Below are positions 9,752 through 19,481 of a DNA stretch of 64,000 nt, in pieces. The stretch comes from Clostridia bacterium. GTDB lineage: Bacteria; Bacillota; Clostridia; Christensenellales; CAG-138. A program made the position numbers and the translations under genes. The stretch is from assembly GCA_016292635.1 (NCBI GenBank), contig JAEDIC010000006.1:12367-76366 (forward strand), written 5' to 3'. The first letter of the stretch is position 1. Every line of letters begins with the position of its first letter. The notes under the pieces were generated by a model. It did not search any database. It was not told the DNA's origin and saw nothing but the letters and a program-made list of their open reading frames with translations.

Positions 9752-9784
9752 ACAATAAAGCCAGCCTCCGGCGCAGAGGCTGGC
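9752..9784 (-). terminator. Rho-independent terminator after the 131-aa membrane protein gene
   Basis: GCCAGCCTC-loop-GAGGCTGGC followed by TTTATTGT on the minus strand. Confidence 0.7.
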
Positions 9785-9801
9785 GCTATTGTTATTTTTA
9801 G

Positions 9802-10197
9802 TTAACCGATGGCCTTCTTGTTCTGAATGCCGCCAATCAGATAAAGAACGGGAATCACGAGGCCGGAGAGCAGATTGACAACGCTGAATTCGCCGCCGCC
9901 AACCACAGTAAAGATGTTGGAAACCACACAGAGCGCAATAACGATGATGCCCCATGTGATGCAGGTGCCGGCCTTCTCAAGCTTGTTCCAGTTTTTCACG
10001 CCAATGATGCCTGCCACAAATTCCGCAACCGCGCCTACGAGCGCAAGAATGCAGGAAACGGTGAGCATAGCGCTGGAAGCGCCCATTGACGCAAGCAGGC
10101 CGATGCCCGCAAATGCTACGATCGAGAGAATCAGCGCGATTGCGCCAAAGATAATCATCAGTATGCCTGTTACTTTCAAAAACTTTGAACCTTGCAT
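9802..10197 (-). CDS. Small 4-TM membrane protein, uncharacterised
   Basis: 131 aa with four clear hydrophobic helices. Last gene of a co-directional cluster. Confidence 0.65.
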   Translation of the reverse strand: MQGSKFLKVTGILMIIFGAIALILSIVAFAGIGLLASMGASSAMLTVSCILALVGAVAEFVAGIIGVKNWNKLEKAGTCITWGIIVIALCVVSNIFTVVGGGEFSVVNLLSGLVIPVLYLIGGIQNKKAIG

Positions 10198-10264
10198 TAT
10201 TTCCTCCTCAAATTGCTGTTTTGCTATGATTTATATTTGTAAACGCGCCGTACAAACATCGTCT

Positions 10265-10753
10265 TTATGCCCAGGGGTCCTCCGCCGCGGGGATACGAAT
10301 CCCCGAGAGGACGCTGGAATATTCCCAAAGGAACCATTCGTTTCCCTTCTGGCGCAGCCTGATGCCGCGCGCCGCATCCGCGCCCGTCGTTTTGAGAAAC
10401 AGGCGCATATAACCCGCCTCCCAGTCCTGCGGCCTGGGATCGGGATAAAACTGAACCGTATACGGCGTGGCGGGCGCATAATTGTTTTGCGGCGTGGCGC
10501 CGTCAAAATAGGCCAGCGGCAGGTAGGGCTTGTCCCAAAGCCTGTCGCGGATGAACTGGATGTCCATGGGGCTCATGGGCCGGGGCCCCCGCAGGATATT
10601 CAGGGCCGCAACGCCTGCGTCCTTATCCTTCGTGAACAGATTAAGCGCCAGCAGAAACAGCGCGCAGGTGTTTTCGGGGTTGTTGAGAGCCCCGTCCGCA
10701 AGCGCGGAAAACTCGGCGGCGGATGCCGGCAGTTTATCAAAAGTTACGCTCAT
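10265..10753 (-). CDS. Hypothetical cytoplasmic protein
   Basis: 162 aa with no recognised motif. 4-nt overlap with the upstream gene suggests translational coupling. Confidence 0.6.
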   Translation of the reverse strand: MSVTFDKLPASAAEFSALADGALNNPENTCALFLLALNLFTKDKDAGVAALNILRGPRPMSPMDIQFIRDRLWDKPYLPLAYFDGATPQNNYAPATPYTVQFYPDPRPQDWEAGYMRLFLKTTGADAARGIRLRQKGNEWFLWEYSSVLSGIRIPAAEDPWA

Positions 10754-11235
10754 TGGTTTTCCTCTTCCTTATCAAAAATTATCTCCTCGTTTTCATCATC
10801 CGGGAAAGACAGCACCATGTGAATATGCCCGTCCTCATACCAGAGTTCCTCTATGGAAGCGATTGTTTCATCCCCCCGGCTTATCTCCGGATAATACACC
10901 GTGAGCTCCTGTCGACCAGTAAGTTCGGTACCGCTGAAGCCATGATAAAAGCCGTTAATGTTTCCCATCTCCACGAGTTCCTCCCCGTCGATCCCTAAGG
11001 AAAAACGGAAGCCCTCGATCTCAAGCGCATAGCGGCCGTCCTGGCTCGTCCACTTCCCCGCCAGCGCTTCATCCAGCAGCCAGCCTTCGTACACCATGCC
11101 CGGGCCATCCAGCATATACTCCTTCTCCGCTTTCTCTCTCAGAAAGCAGCCTGTGATTAGGGCGGCGATAAGACAAAGCCCAATTATTAATATGATCATG
11201 CTGTGAATTCTTCCTGCCAATGCATTAGTCCTCAT
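10750..11235 (-). CDS. Membrane-anchored hypothetical protein
   Basis: 161 aa with a single N-terminal TM (MIILIIGLCLIAALITGCF) and an acidic C-terminus. Confidence 0.6.
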   Translation of the reverse strand: MRTNALAGRIHSMIILIIGLCLIAALITGCFLREKAEKEYMLDGPGMVYEGWLLDEALAGKWTSQDGRYALEIEGFRFSLGIDGEELVEMGNINGFYHGFSGTELTGRQELTVYYPEISRGDETIASIEELWYEDGHIHMVLSFPDDENEEIIFDKEEENQ

Positions 11236-11322
11236 TCGTGCGGTCTCTTCTCCGTAGGTAGGGAGCAGGTTTGCCGGGCGGGAGCCCCGCCCGGCAGCCA
11301 GGCTAATGGAACGTATCGTCCG

Positions 11323-12000
11323 TTACTTCTTTAAGGGCAGGTAAGGAATGACCTGCATAGCAAGCTTCGAAGCAGTCATCGTTTGCAGATATACATTGCC
11401 CGGGCCGGTGATGACCGTGTCGAATATGCCCTCGCCGCCGAGAAGCATGTTCTTCACGCCTTTGACCATCTGTACATCCATCTGGCAGGTGGCGTCCATG
11501 ACGGCCAGCACGCCGGTATCGCAGACGATCTGCTCACCGGGCTGCAGGTCATATTCCTGACAATAGCCGTCCACCTCAAGGAACACCAGGCCGGGGCCGG
11601 TGATTCGCTGCATGATAAATCCCTCGCCGCCAACAAGGCCGGCGCCCAGTTTCTTTTGGAAATGTACAGCGAGCTGGATGCCGTAGGTCCCACAGAGGAA
11701 CGCCCTCTTCTGACAAACTATGCTCTGCCCCGGGGCAAGCTCCTTCACCACTATCCTGCCAGGGAACGAGGATGAGAACGCGATCTCCGCCGGGCCTTGA
11801 GCTGTGTAGCGGTTCATGAACAGGCTTTCGCCCATGATCATACGCCCAAGCGCTTTGCCTGCGCCCCCTTCGGCTTTCGTTTCCGTGAGCACCGGGCCGC
11901 GGCTCCAGGTGCGCCCTCCCACCTCGCTCAAGAGGGTCTCGCCGGGGTTCAGGTTTATAATCACGGCAGGCAGGCTGCCGCCTTCGATCCTGTATTGCAT
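11323..12000 (-). CDS. AIM24/TIGR00266 (DUF124) family protein
   Basis: MQYRIEGGSLPAVIINLNPGETLLSEVGGRTW..., GEGFIMQRITGPGLVFLEVDG and GEGIFDTVITGPGNVYLQT are typical of the family. Start moved to residue 48 of the track ORF. Confidence 0.7.
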   Translation of the reverse strand: MQYRIEGGSLPAVIINLNPGETLLSEVGGRTWSRGPVLTETKAEGGAGKALGRMIMGESLFMNRYTAQGPAEIAFSSSFPGRIVVKELAPGQSIVCQKRAFLCGTYGIQLAVHFQKKLGAGLVGGEGFIMQRITGPGLVFLEVDGYCQEYDLQPGEQIVCDTGVLAVMDATCQMDVQMVKGVKNMLLGGEGIFDTVITGPGNVYLQTMTASKLAMQVIPYLPLKK

Positions 12001-12035
12001 ATTGACCTCCTTTTTACGCTTACTGCCGTAATGCA

Positions 12036-13343
12036 TCAGTCGTTCAGACTGCTGCTCCAGGAGCTGCTGTTCCAGGTTTCGGAACCGTCGGCCTGCACCT
12101 TGAAGCTTATCAGCAGGAAATCGCTCCCGGTGGTGACCCATTCATAAACATGGTAATCGTCCCTCCAGCTTGACTCGTGCGCCTTTTTGCCGTCCGCGCC
12201 AAACTGCCTCGCAATCTCCTCATATGTGGGCCTGGCATACCCGTTCTCATAGCTGGTCTGGTAGTCGAGCCAGTCAAAGCCGGCCTTGAGCGTGTCGAAA
12301 TCCACAATGCCGTCCGCATTGGCGTTGGATTTACCGTAGTCGCCGCCGGTCGCAGGCTGGGAATCCGGCTCGCTGCCCGAGCCGTTTTTCGCCAGCGCCG
12401 ATTTGTACTCGTCATACCGCGGGGGCAGGAGTTCGTTCTCCTCATCCCACAGCTCGCCGTCCATGCGGAAGTACATGGTGACAGTGCAGCCATAGTCTCC
12501 ATCGTAGTGGGTATAGTCGTAGCTGAGCGACAGGGTGCCGTCATCGTACAGATACGCCTGATATTCATCCGCATCCGCAGCGTCAAGGTAGGTGTCCACC
12601 GTCCACGCGTCCTTATTGCCGATGTCCGGCACGATGCAGGTGCCGTTATCCTCGATGGTCATGTACATGGAAAGGAACGCATTCTCGGAATCGCCATCCT
12701 GGAATACTTCAAAATAGGGTCTGCCGGTGCTGTCCGTGTTTACGAAAGCCCAGGCGTCATATAAATCCTCCTCCTGGTCAATGCCCCAGAAATCCGTAAG
12801 CGCCATCCAGCCATACCAGGTGCTGGGGTTTTCGATCACAGAGGTAGCGGCGGAACCGCCCGCCCCACCGCTGTTAAAGGCGTCCGCCAGGGAGCCGGCA
12901 ACGGTTGCGCCGTCGTTCAGGCCAGCCGTGGCGGCAGCTGTACCCCCGTTTCCAGCGGAAGGAGCGCCGCCCACAGGCGCTTCCATTCCTTCCTTCACGA
13001 AGCGGAGCCTCATCTCGCCATAGGTGACTTCCATGACGCCGTCCTTGATGGTTCCTTCCATGGTCTGTTCCATGCCCAGGAAGCTCACGGTGCCTGTGAA
13101 GTTCTCGCCATCCAGCTTCCATTTTTTCAGAGTGAACTCAAAGCCGGAATAATAAGTGCCCTTGCCGCCCTTTTTCAGCTCGATCCAGCTTTCCTCGTAA
13201 GGCTCGCTGTATTCCCCGCCGTAGCTTTCGCCCACGCAGATATACTTGCCGGTCACATCCGGTCCCTTATCGCCGCAAGCGGCGAGAGAAAGCATCATGG
13301 CCGCCGCAATGAGCAGCACGAGCACGATTTTTATTCGTTTCAT
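12036..13343 (-). CDS. Secreted lipoprotein, uncharacterised (paralogous to the ectodomain of the next gene)
   Basis: Lipobox LSLAACGD. 435 aa, acidic and aromatic-rich. Confidence 0.7.
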   Translation of the reverse strand: MKRIKIVLVLLIAAAMMLSLAACGDKGPDVTGKYICVGESYGGEYSEPYEESWIELKKGGKGTYYSGFEFTLKKWKLDGENFTGTVSFLGMEQTMEGTIKDGVMEVTYGEMRLRFVKEGMEAPVGGAPSAGNGGTAAATAGLNDGATVAGSLADAFNSGGAGGSAATSVIENPSTWYGWMALTDFWGIDQEEDLYDAWAFVNTDSTGRPYFEVFQDGDSENAFLSMYMTIEDNGTCIVPDIGNKDAWTVDTYLDAADADEYQAYLYDDGTLSLSYDYTHYDGDYGCTVTMYFRMDGELWDEENELLPPRYDEYKSALAKNGSGSEPDSQPATGGDYGKSNANADGIVDFDTLKAGFDWLDYQTSYENGYARPTYEEIARQFGADGKKAHESSWRDDYHVYEWVTTGSDFLLISFKVQADGSETWNSSSWSSSLND

Positions 13344-13400
13344 TCTTCTCTTTCTCCTTCTCTGGATTTTTGTTTTGCTTCAACCCGGTTTATCGGCGCA

Positions 13401-15134
13401 TCAGGACGCAGTGAGCGTATTGAGGATCGCCATCACGGCATCGCTGGTGCAGGCTTCCATGGATTCCTCGGAGGAGATGGAAAAGTTAACGCCGTAATTG
13501 CCGCTGATCGGCTCGCCGAAGTTCACATGAACATTCGCCGAATAATCGCCCCACCAATCGATGTAGGTGATCATGCGCGCCTCATAACCCCCGATGGTCA
13601 GATCCCTGGTGGTGTACTGGTCATAAGTAGAATAGCTGTCATAATACTCCATCGTGGCAGCGTGGTCGCTCTCGCTGAAATTGGCGACGATGCCTATCTT
13701 AACGCTGCCGTCCTTTGCGGCGATCGTATCGAGGATAGCGCTCTCATCCTCAAAGAAAGTGTCGCTCGGGTAAGTGATGAATATCTGATCAAAGTAGTTG
13801 TAAGTCCCCGTGGGGCCGGTGAAGCCCACCGGAGCGCCGGAGGAGCCCTCAGAGGGGCCTTCGGAGGAACCGCCGGACGGTGCGCTGCCGGCGGGCGCAG
13901 CGCCCACAGGGGGCAGCTCGCCGTTTGCGATCGCCGCGTTATAGGCATCCACAGAGGGGGGAACGATGGCAAAGTTGCTGTCGATTTCCTTCTGCCAGCT
14001 TGCGCCCCACTGTTTCATGAACAGCGAGAAATTGAACCTGCCGCCTCCATCCTCGATCTCATCGCTCATGGTGTACTGATCGGGGTAATCCGGCATGGGC
14101 AGGAACATCCAGTTGTAGGCATACATCTCCGCGCCGCCTGCGATCGTGCCGTCGATGGCATAGAGGCCGCTTTCCTTCGCCTCGCAGTTTGCAAGCGCAA
14201 AGGCTTCCTTCACGCCGTCAAGGTACACGGCAAAGGTTCCCATGCCTTCCGCATCCACGTCCACCACCATGTAAACATCATAGAAATCGCTGGGAATGCC
14301 GGAGAAATCGCCTGTCGCCTCGCTGACGTACATTGCACCGTACCATGTGCCGTTCCACTGCTTCTGAATATCGCTTGCCCCGGCCGCAGCGCCAGCGCCG
14401 CCATTGGAAGCCGTGTAGCCGCCCTCTTTTTCAAATGTCAGCGTAACGCCCATGTCCAGCACGTTTTCAAGCGTCATCACGCCGTTTGCCAGCGTTCCAT
14501 CGCAATCGACTCCGCCGCCGTTCACGCGGAAAATACCGTTCTCAAGCGTCCACTTGCCGTTGCTTTTAGCGCCGTCAACCTCTATGGTGCACTTGCCTTT
14601 GTCCTTCAGCTCGATGCTGAATCCCTTCTCCCAGATGTCGCTGACATCCATCTCCATGCCCCACATTTCGGCAGTCGCCGCATTGTATACGCCAAGGTTC
14701 GGGTCGGCGTTTGCAGGCGTTTTCCCGCCCTTGCCGGCGAGGGCGGCGATGAGCACGATCGCAAGAATCACCGCAAGCACGGCGCCGCCGATGATGAACA
14801 GTGTCTTTTTGTTCATGGGCTTCTTTTGCTTCGGCGCTTTGGCTGCAGGCGCATACGCAGGCTGTGCGGAGTATTCCTGCTTTGGAGCCTGATAGCTCTG
14901 CTGCACAGGCGGGGTATAGCTCTGCTGCGTGGGCATCGTGTAGCTGCCCTGCACGGACGCGGCCTCCTCAGGCTGGCTCACGGGTTGTTCCGCCGGAGTC
15001 TCCTGCTGGGTAACCTTCTGCTGGGGAGCTTCCTGTACGGGAGCTGCAGCCGGCTGTTGGATCTTTGTACCGCAGCTCATGCAGAACTTCGTTTCGTCCG
15101 AAACCTGCGCGCCGCAGTTGGTGCAAAATGCCAT
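13401..15134 (-). CDS. Zinc-ribbon membrane protein with large extracellular domain
   Basis: [25 protein letters not shown] zinc ribbon, a Pro/Gln-rich linker, one TM ([23 protein letters not shown]), then an ectodomain. Start moved to residue 19 of the track ORF. Confidence 0.7.
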   Translation of the reverse strand: MAFCTNCGAQVSDETKFCMSCGTKIQQPAAAPVQEAPQQKVTQQETPAEQPVSQPEEAASVQGSYTMPTQQSYTPPVQQSYQAPKQEYSAQPAYAPAAKAPKQKKPMNKKTLFIIGGAVLAVILAIVLIAALAGKGGKTPANADPNLGVYNAATAEMWGMEMDVSDIWEKGFSIELKDKGKCTIEVDGAKSNGKWTLENGIFRVNGGGVDCDGTLANGVMTLENVLDMGVTLTFEKEGGYTASNGGAGAAAGASDIQKQWNGTWYGAMYVSEATGDFSGIPSDFYDVYMVVDVDAEGMGTFAVYLDGVKEAFALANCEAKESGLYAIDGTIAGGAEMYAYNWMFLPMPDYPDQYTMSDEIEDGGGRFNFSLFMKQWGASWQKEIDSNFAIVPPSVDAYNAAIANGELPPVGAAPAGSAPSGGSSEGPSEGSSGAPVGFTGPTGTYNYFDQIFITYPSDTFFEDESAILDTIAAKDGSVKIGIVANFSESDHAATMEYYDSYSTYDQYTTRDLTIGGYEARMITYIDWWGDYSANVHVNFGEPISGNYGVNFSISSEESMEACTSDAVMAILNTLTAS

Positions 15135-15238
15135 TTTCTTATCCTCCTCGCTGGTTTTTCGCATATTGTTTTTCTGTTTTTTATACAAAATCCGCTGCCG
15201 CGGGTTTTATCGGCCTGTTTCCTGCGCCGCTTTCCGGC

Positions 15239-15625
15239 TCAGGCGCATTCGGGGGAGCATCCGCCGCCCTGCTTGCCGCCCACCACCTCGCCAGGCTCGT
15301 TGAGCCGGGTAGCGCAGGCGCAGCATATGTCGATGTCATCGCAGATCATAAAGCATTCGTCGCACACAAGGCGCCCGCAGATGGGGCAAACATTGAAAAG
15401 CCGCTCACCTTCCCCTGCGGTTTTTTCCAATGCGTACCGCTTCTCCTTTTCATAAAGCGTGTTATAGATGATGCGTTTTCCTTCGGTGGATGGCGTAACG
15501 CCCGCCTTTGAGAAAGGAACGGGCGCGCCGTGCCAAACCTTCCTGCATTCTTCACAGCGGAGTGTGAAACAAAACGCATCCTGCGTCGAGGCGTCCTTCA
15601 TCCGTTCCATCAAAATCTGCCTCAT
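15239..15625 (-). CDS. Cys-rich small protein (multiple CxxC pairs), uncharacterised
   Basis: Contains CEEC, CPICGRLVCDEC and CCAC motifs. Start set at MRQILMERM, which has a GGGGA Shine-Dalgarno-like site 9 nt upstream. Confidence 0.55.
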   Translation of the reverse strand: MRQILMERMKDASTQDAFCFTLRCEECRKVWHGAPVPFSKAGVTPSTEGKRIIYNTLYEKEKRYALEKTAGEGERLFNVCPICGRLVCDECFMICDDIDICCACATRLNEPGEVVGGKQGGGCSPECA

Positions 15626-15854
15626 CGGTTCTTTATCCCCTTTCATTAGAACTGACACATGCTTTGAAATGATATATACGACATCAGAATTGTAATATCA
15701 TAATTGTAATCGTCCCGCAGCAAAATAGATATTATCCGCCGGATACTTTTGCCGCACCGGCCCTCAAAAAAAGAAAATCAAGGCATGGTATTCATTGAAT
15801 ACCATGCCTTGATTTATCTGGCTTTTCCGGCCCTGCAAAGCGCCAGCGAAAGCG

Positions 15855-17402
15855 TTACGTCAATTCATCCAGCCGGTTGCACCGCCGGAACAATTCGATG
15901 TACAGCATCAGCTCGTCCCGTGAGGTCACGCCAAGCTTTTCATAGATATTGCGATTGTGCTTACGGACCGTATTGATGCTGATGTACGCAATCCGGGGTA
16001 TCTCGCTGATTTCGCGGCCGTCAATATAATGCTTCAGAACGCCGCGCTCAGCCTCCGTGAGCGTGGCGGCGCGCGCCGCAAAGGTATCGAACAGCTCCGC
16101 AATGTTCGGCGGCAGCTTCCCTTCGGAAAGCGTCTGATCCTGCTTTGTGGATTTTACAAAGGCCATGAGCGCATCGATCTCGGAAATGCCGGAGGAACTC
16201 ACATTCTCCACGGCAGCGCCGGATTGCACCGCCGCAATGCTGCCCACTATGGGGCGCGTAAAGCGGCGGGACAGGAAGATCGCACAGCCGAGCATGACAA
16301 GGAAGAAAGCAAGGGAGCTTATTATCCAAACCATCCGATTCCTGTACGCATAGGCCGCATACCCATCCTGCGGGAGCAATACGGATACAGTCCATGTGCG
16401 GCCATCCTGGCTCAGGAACGGAATAACCCGTGAAACTCCGATATAATTCCCGACATTGGAAGAATAGGTGTTGAAATAACGTCCCTCGTCGATATGCATT
16501 ACACTCGAACCGTTCAAATAGGTGCTCTCCGTGCCGCCGATCAGCCCCTGCTCCAGGAGCAGCTGCCCGTTTTCCACTGGCGCCAAAACGCTTACCATCG
16601 AGCCTACCGAACTGTCAAAGGCAGGGTAGCAGAAACTGAAATACAACGAGCTGATCTCGATCCCGCATATACCGGCCGCCTTGCCGCCGCTGTCGAGCAC
16701 CGGCACGCACAGCAGCATCACATCCTCCCAGGTGTCTGTAAGATGCAGCCTGTTCGTCCATCGGTATGCGTCCGCAAGCCGCCGCACGGGTGTCTGCATC
16801 ATTTCGTCATATCCCGGGATGTTGGAAGAATTGAACTCCAGGTTCCACCGGTTGTGCAGCTCCAGCTCCTCCTCCCGGGCAATGTCCGGTATGCCTCGGA
16901 AATAGATCACCTGCTGGTTCATGGATTTGTTCGTGCTGAGGTTCACATAGCGGATATACAGCCCGCTGCGGGACGTTTCGGCAGCCTCGGCTTTGGTGTT
17001 TGTAGTGGCGTCCAGCACGATAAACGCGCCGCTCGCACTGCTGGCCTTCAGGGTGGTATACAGCATATCATAAAACGAATGCTGCAGGGAGAGCAAAGCC
17101 TCCGGCTCATCGTTGAGCGCCGATACATTCGAGCCGTATGCTGAAAGCGTCTGCATCAGCTCGCGCCCGGCCCGCTCGGAAAGGGCAATGCCATGCGCCG
17201 AAAGCGACTCGATCTGGCTCGAAATATTAGCGGCGGTGTTCTGCAACTGAAGCCGCATAGTCTGCCCGATCTCCCTGTCCGCATTAGAAAGCACGCCCGT
17301 AACGCTCAGTATCAGCAGCAGCGTTCCGAACACGGCAGCGGCCATGAAAAACCAGTACAGCGCCAGCTTCCTCTGCATACTGACGCTTGCCTTTTTTGCC
17401 AT
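15855..17402 (-). CDS. Membrane-bound LuxR-family one-component regulator (TM - extracytoplasmic sensor domain - TM - LuxR HTH)
   Basis: C-terminus LTEAERGVLKHYIDGREISEIPRIAYISINTVRKHNRNIYEKLGV is a LuxR/GerE HTH. Two TM helices flank a ~330-aa domain. The start is uncertain, between 17402 and 17453. Confidence 0.75.
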   Translation of the reverse strand: MAKKASVSMQRKLALYWFFMAAAVFGTLLLILSVTGVLSNADREIGQTMRLQLQNTAANISSQIESLSAHGIALSERAGRELMQTLSAYGSNVSALNDEPEALLSLQHSFYDMLYTTLKASSASGAFIVLDATTNTKAEAAETSRSGLYIRYVNLSTNKSMNQQVIYFRGIPDIAREEELELHNRWNLEFNSSNIPGYDEMMQTPVRRLADAYRWTNRLHLTDTWEDVMLLCVPVLDSGGKAAGICGIEISSLYFSFCYPAFDSSVGSMVSVLAPVENGQLLLEQGLIGGTESTYLNGSSVMHIDEGRYFNTYSSNVGNYIGVSRVIPFLSQDGRTWTVSVLLPQDGYAAYAYRNRMVWIISSLAFFLVMLGCAIFLSRRFTRPIVGSIAAVQSGAAVENVSSSGISEIDALMAFVKSTKQDQTLSEGKLPPNIAELFDTFAARAATLTEAERGVLKHYIDGREISEIPRIAYISINTVRKHNRNIYEKLGVTSRDELMLYIELFRRCNRLDELT

Positions 17403-17484
17403 TTCCGTGAGCTTGAGCAGCTCGCGCAGCTTTTGGGACACCTGCAGGTTCACCTCCTTCCCGCATTGCCGCACAGAGTTTCTA

Positions 17485-18867
17485 TTATTCGAAGATGGAA
17501 CGCAGCCCGTCGCAGCAGTCCTTTGTGAGCTTCGGAAGCAGCATTTCCCTGTCTGCGTCCTCCGCTTTGCTGTATGTTTCCCTTGCGGCTTCAATCTGCA
17601 GGCGAACATTCCTTTCAAAGCTCGTTTCCAGATCGAGATACGTTTCGAGCTGGGGAGCTGTGTAGAACGTATAATCCGCCTGCGTTTTCATAAACGCATC
17701 ATAAAGCTCAATGTACTTTGCCTCCGTCAGCCCTTCCACCTCCGCGGGAAGGTATGCGTCAAACGCCTCCTGGGTCACAGGCATATACCCCGCTCTTACC
17801 GTAAACTCCGTATTGATCTCCGGCTCCGTGATCCATTTCAGGAAAACGATGGCCGCTTTCTCCCGTTCCGGCGTGGATTTGAGCGTGCAGAACCCGGCCC
17901 CACGCTGCATTACAAGCTTCTCCCCGTCCTCAAACACCGGGCAGGGCAGGGCGATCAGTTCGCTCTTTTCCGAAGTGTTGTCCGGATATGTAACGATGTC
18001 CGAATAATACAAGATGCTTGCGGAGGACGCAACGGAAACCACGGCGTCACCCGTGCGCAGGGGTTCCGTAGCATAGCCGCCCTTGAGCCAAACTCCGCCT
18101 GAGATCGCCGCTTCCGCATACGGTTTCCACGCTTTCTCAAAAGCAGGACCGAAGGCAATCCTATCGCCATCGAAGAAGGATTCCCCCAGCGACTCCACGC
18201 CCACCTGGAAATAATTGAAGTGATAATCGTGCACGAAAAACGTTTTGCCGTCGCCCGGCACATCGGGCGTAAGCGAATCCGTCCATTCGGCATACGCAAC
18301 GCTGAGACGGTACAGCCCCTCCCAGGTGGAAAGGTCTGAAAGCTCTGCGCCCGTAGCCGAAGCAAAACGGTCAAAGGCCGTTTTGTTTACATAAAGCACT
18401 TCCGTCGATTTCGCCACGGGAAGGATCACGAGCCGCCCGTTCAAAACGCCCTCGTTCAGGAAGGATGGGATAAATTCATTCAGCTCGGATTCGGAAAAAT
18501 AATCCCGGTAATCCACCAGAATATCCTCATCCGGCATGGCAATCACTGTCTTGGGATAAGAGATGAACAAGTCCGGCAGTTCAGCCGCGCCGGGGTCGTC
18601 GTTGGCTGCGGCAAGCACAGACTCATGGATGCTGTTGGTGTTGCTCACCATGCCCACCTGAACGCAGATCCCCTGTTCCTTGCCGACCGTTTCGTTGAAG
18701 CGGTCGATCATGTCATTGAGCGGTGATTCCGTCTGCCCGCCATACACATGCCAAACGGTAAGCGTGATGGGCTGATCCGCTTTATGTCCGGGCGCAGCGC
18801 ATGACGAAAACAGCAGGAGCGATATGCAGCACAGGGCAAAACACAACCATTTTCTGAGATTCAGCAT
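17485..18867 (-). CDS. Extracellular solute-binding lipoprotein (ABC family-1 sugar-binding type), orphan
   Basis: Start at MLNLRKWLCFALCCISLLLFSSCAAPG (lipobox). Body has TLTVWHVYGG and other SBP_bac_1-like features. No permease or ATPase gene is adjacent. Confidence 0.75.
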   Translation of the reverse strand: MLNLRKWLCFALCCISLLLFSSCAAPGHKADQPITLTVWHVYGGQTESPLNDMIDRFNETVGKEQGICVQVGMVSNTNSIHESVLAAANDDPGAAELPDLFISYPKTVIAMPDEDILVDYRDYFSESELNEFIPSFLNEGVLNGRLVILPVAKSTEVLYVNKTAFDRFASATGAELSDLSTWEGLYRLSVAYAEWTDSLTPDVPGDGKTFFVHDYHFNYFQVGVESLGESFFDGDRIAFGPAFEKAWKPYAEAAISGGVWLKGGYATEPLRTGDAVVSVASSASILYYSDIVTYPDNTSEKSELIALPCPVFEDGEKLVMQRGAGFCTLKSTPEREKAAIVFLKWITEPEINTEFTVRAGYMPVTQEAFDAYLPAEVEGLTEAKYIELYDAFMKTQADYTFYTAPQLETYLDLETSFERNVRLQIEAARETYSKAEDADREMLLPKLTKDCCDGLRSIFE

Positions 18868-19295
18868 CGTACTCTTTTCATCCTTTCTATTGCCAAGGCT
18901 GCACCACGCAAAGCCTGGCAAGGTGTTCAGAGGCGTTGTCAGCAATATGCCGCGCAATCCACGCTTTAACAACTTTCCGGTTCTCCGCCGTCCGTTTCGA
19001 GCAGATTCTTATTTTAGCGCATTTTATTCGAGTTGTCACCCCCCCTGCCCCGAAAGCCATGCCGGTATACCGAATAAAATGCCTCATTGGGAAAAGCAAT
19101 GAGGCGTTTTATGCAAGGTGCACCAAAAAAGATATGTATGTTTTGTTTTCCTTTGATTATCGGCATAACCCTATGAAGAATCGAGGCAGAAGTATATAAC
19201 CGCTTAGCTCATACTCCCGGTCAAAGAGGTTGCATACCCATCTAAACCAAACCAAAAGAGCGCTTCAATATATGGGGCTTTCTGCCCAAAAGCTT

Positions 19296-19454
19296 TCAAT
19301 TCCTATTGCTGTTACTGCCGCAAATGCTTCTTTGCTTCGCAAGGGTAACCAGCATATCACCAGGCTGCGTCAGAACCATACCCAGCAGATTAAATCCATC
19401 CTCGGTCAACTTACCTGCATAAGCATTGGCAAGGGCAGTAATGGAAATTGTCAT
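19296..19454 (-). CDS. Small ORF (52 aa) absent from the track, resembling small Clostridial LGD-motif proteins
   Basis: Own translation: MTISITALANAYAGKLTEDGFNLLGMVLTQPGDMLVTLAKQRSICGSNSNRN. Family resemblance is from memory only. Confidence 0.35.
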   Translation of the reverse strand: MTISITALANAYAGKLTEDGFNLLGMVLTQPGDMLVTLAKQRSICGSNSNRN

Positions 19455-19481
19455 TTCAGTCACGGTTCCAAAGTCCGCATA

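Noticed and set aside
9543-9760. Cobalamin riboswitch upstream of the BtuF/FecB-like binding protein
   Set aside because: No B12 box (consensus around AGYCMGGAGACCKGCC) or other conserved riboswitch core was found on either strand. The region holds a plain promoter and a short leader.
9875-10822. 315-aa plus-strand ORF
   Set aside because: It spans two minus-strand genes and their intergenic gap in antisense, with no RBS and a low-complexity translation.
13527-15455. 642-aa plus-strand ORF
   Set aside because: It is antisense to the zinc-ribbon membrane protein gene. It has a low-complexity Arg/His/Leu-rich translation, no motifs and no RBS.
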